Position numbers and translations under genes: made by a program. From Sphaerodactylus townsendi (taxonomy: Eukaryota), in assembly GCF_021028975.2 (NCBI RefSeq), contig NC_059435.1:78368001-78432000 (forward strand): a DNA stretch of 64,000 nt, given 5' to 3'. The notes under the pieces are model-generated. The model did no database searches, was not told where the DNA came from, and saw nothing but the letters and a program-made list of their open reading frames with translations. Below are positions 62,037 to 64,000 of this stretch, one piece after another. The stretch's first letter is position 1; each line of letters begins with the position of its first letter.

Positions 62037-64000
62037 CTGAAAGACAAGGCATTTCGCATTCGGCACCAGCTGCTTCCGTGGTTACCTGCAACAGCAACAG
62101 AAGCCCCCACAGGATTGGTCGCCATTCCAGAGGAGGAAGTTCTGGGCTGACCGTCCTCAGGTGCGATCCCAGCAGGACAGAGTGTGTGTGCGTGTGTGTG
62201 TTGGGGGCGGGGGGCTGCTGTGCTTCCTCCCCTCCCACAGGTCCAGCTGTGCTACTGACTGGGGCCCACCCAAGGAAAGAGAAGGCGCCTCTCCCAGCTG
62301 ACGCCATTCGTAGGCAGCCCACCCAATGAACGCAGGACGTCCACTCCCTGGGGGAGCACCTCCGACAGACCCTCCGCAGAACCCCCAGAAGGGAACTCTG
62401 CAGGCCTTCAGGGCCCCTCTTTGCCAGGCTGAGCAGAGCCAGTGGAGGAGGAGGAGGAGGAGGAGGCCCCTCGCCCACAGCCCCTCCCTCATGGACCGGC
62501 CTGCAGGTACAATCGGCTGCGCTTTGAGGAACATCAATTAGGGAACAGAAGATATTTGTCCAGAGGAAAAAGGCAGCCTCCACATCTCCAGGAGGATCCC
62601 CACCCGCCCCAGCCATCGCTCCTGAGTCACGTGAGCTCCCGGTGGCGTCCCATGTTCGTGCACCTGCTCTGTCAGAACGGATAACAGAGCTTGCAAAGTG
62701 GTGCTTGATGCTGGGCAGCAGTCTGGGGCTGCTCTCCTGCCCCCTCTCCAGCACGTGTCTAAGCAGCCCACCCCACCCCCCCATCATCTGCTCACCTGAG
62801 CAATTCCAGAGGGGCTTCTGGAGGTCCTCTCCTGCTCCAGGTGCTCCAAGACTCTCTGGTGCCAGCACTGCCAGGTGCACTGGCCCCGCCAGGCTCCGGG
62901 GGCCACCGAGCAATCCCACAGAGGACGAGCGGGTCGGCTGGCGCCTTCACAGCCTGGGGGGCAAGCAGCAGCGGCACAAGAGATGTTGCACTGGCCTGGG
63001 CACCGCAGAGACACTTCTGTCACACCCCCACCCCCCACCCCCGCAGGGCTTGTGCCAGGGCAGACTCGGCCCCACTCTGCTGGCCGCCCTCTGGCTCCTG
63101 CTCCGTGCCTCCTGCTCCAAGCAGGCTGCCAAACGAAGGGGAGTCTTATCTGCTAGGGCGGCTGGCCAAGTGTGGGCGTGCACGCTCTCTCTCTCTCTCC
63201 CAGATGTGGCAGGCCTCTCCCCGAGAGTGCCAGATGCTGCACAAGATACAGGGCGGGACCCATCCCTGCCTCCAATGCTCAGTGCGCAAAAAGAAGCCAG
63301 CGGGTGAGCAGAGGGCGGCACAGCAGGCGCAAGAGAGCAGGCTGGAGCAGAGGGCAGAGGCAGCCGGCGGGCACCGGGGGCAGAAGCCCCGCCAAAGGAA
63401 GGCAGGCTGGGCCAGCCAGCAACAGCAGATCCTGCCTGGAGGGGCTGCGTGCCAAGGGGAGCCCATTGCATTCTGGGTCCAGAGCACTTCCCGCACATGA
63501 CCGCCCTGCAATCCCACGTCGGCCTCCCTGTCAGCAAGCCGGTCCGGTCTCTGGCCTGAGGCTCCCCAGGGAGTTTGGGAGGGAGGCCGGAGTAGAACAA
63601 CAGGGGGGGGGGGGCTGCTGGACGGCGCTTGGCCCTCTTGCCCACTCCGAGCATCGTGAGCCAGCAGCACAGAGCCTGCTCACTCTTTCCCTCCCTGCCA
63701 ACAGCGGGGAGTGGGCTTCAGGAAGCACCCCCCCTTGCAGGAACCCACGGCTGCCCCCACCAGCCTTGCTCCCTCCTGCCTCTTCTGTGGGCCACATGGC
63801 GGGTCCACATCCAACCAGATTCCTGACCCCTCCCCCTACCCAAACAATGGTCACTCTGGGGCCTCCATTCAGCCTCTCTGTACCTGGGCTGCCGGCAGCC
63901 TCCTTGGCTGGCACATCTGGCAGCAGGATACCTTCCACATCTGCTTCTGTCTCCCAGATGTCTCTGTCCGCCTCCATTTCGCGGGCCCACTCTAGGCCGT

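Noticed and set aside
62037-62085. Alternative acceptor extending the KRAB-A exon
   Set aside because: Would place a TAA in the KRAB reading frame.
62790-63670. SCAN domain upstream of KRAB
   Set aside because: Only faint fragments in different frames; not supportable without an HMM search.

Overview
GC-rich vertebrate genomic DNA. The repeat content (CR1, L2, squamate-type tRNA SINEs, hAT MITEs, Penelope-like foldbacks) points to a squamate reptile, probably a gecko. Six protein-coding loci can be modelled by hand. (1) A 5-exon enkurin-like gene (+, 1403-6416). (2) An intronless SUCLA2-like retrogene (-, ~12193-13563). (3) An 11-finger C2H2 zinc-finger gene (-, 19928 to at least 24720; 5' end unresolved, CpG island at ~29.1-30.3 kb). 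(4) A KRAB-C2H2 gene (-, 39425-45998). (5) MRPS12 (+, 50737-51965). (6) A chimeric gene (-, 55962 to at least 62036) in which KRAB-A, KRAB-B, a linker, a C2H2 exon, a Myb/SANT-like exon and a Harbinger/HARBI1-type DDE nuclease exon join through canonical GT-AG sites with matching phases. Locus 6 puts both proteins of a PIF/Harbinger transposon into one KRAB-ZNF polypeptide of about 970 codons, with catalytic acidic residues apparently lost; it is the most interesting feature. About 12 palindromic hAT MITEs, other hAT, Tc1/mariner and Harbinger-like elements, LINEs and a solo LTR fill the introns and intergenic space. Several short patches carry dense 1-bp insertions that look like unpolished long-read errors rather than real pseudogenisation. 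All calls come from reading the sequence and recalled family motifs; no searches were run.
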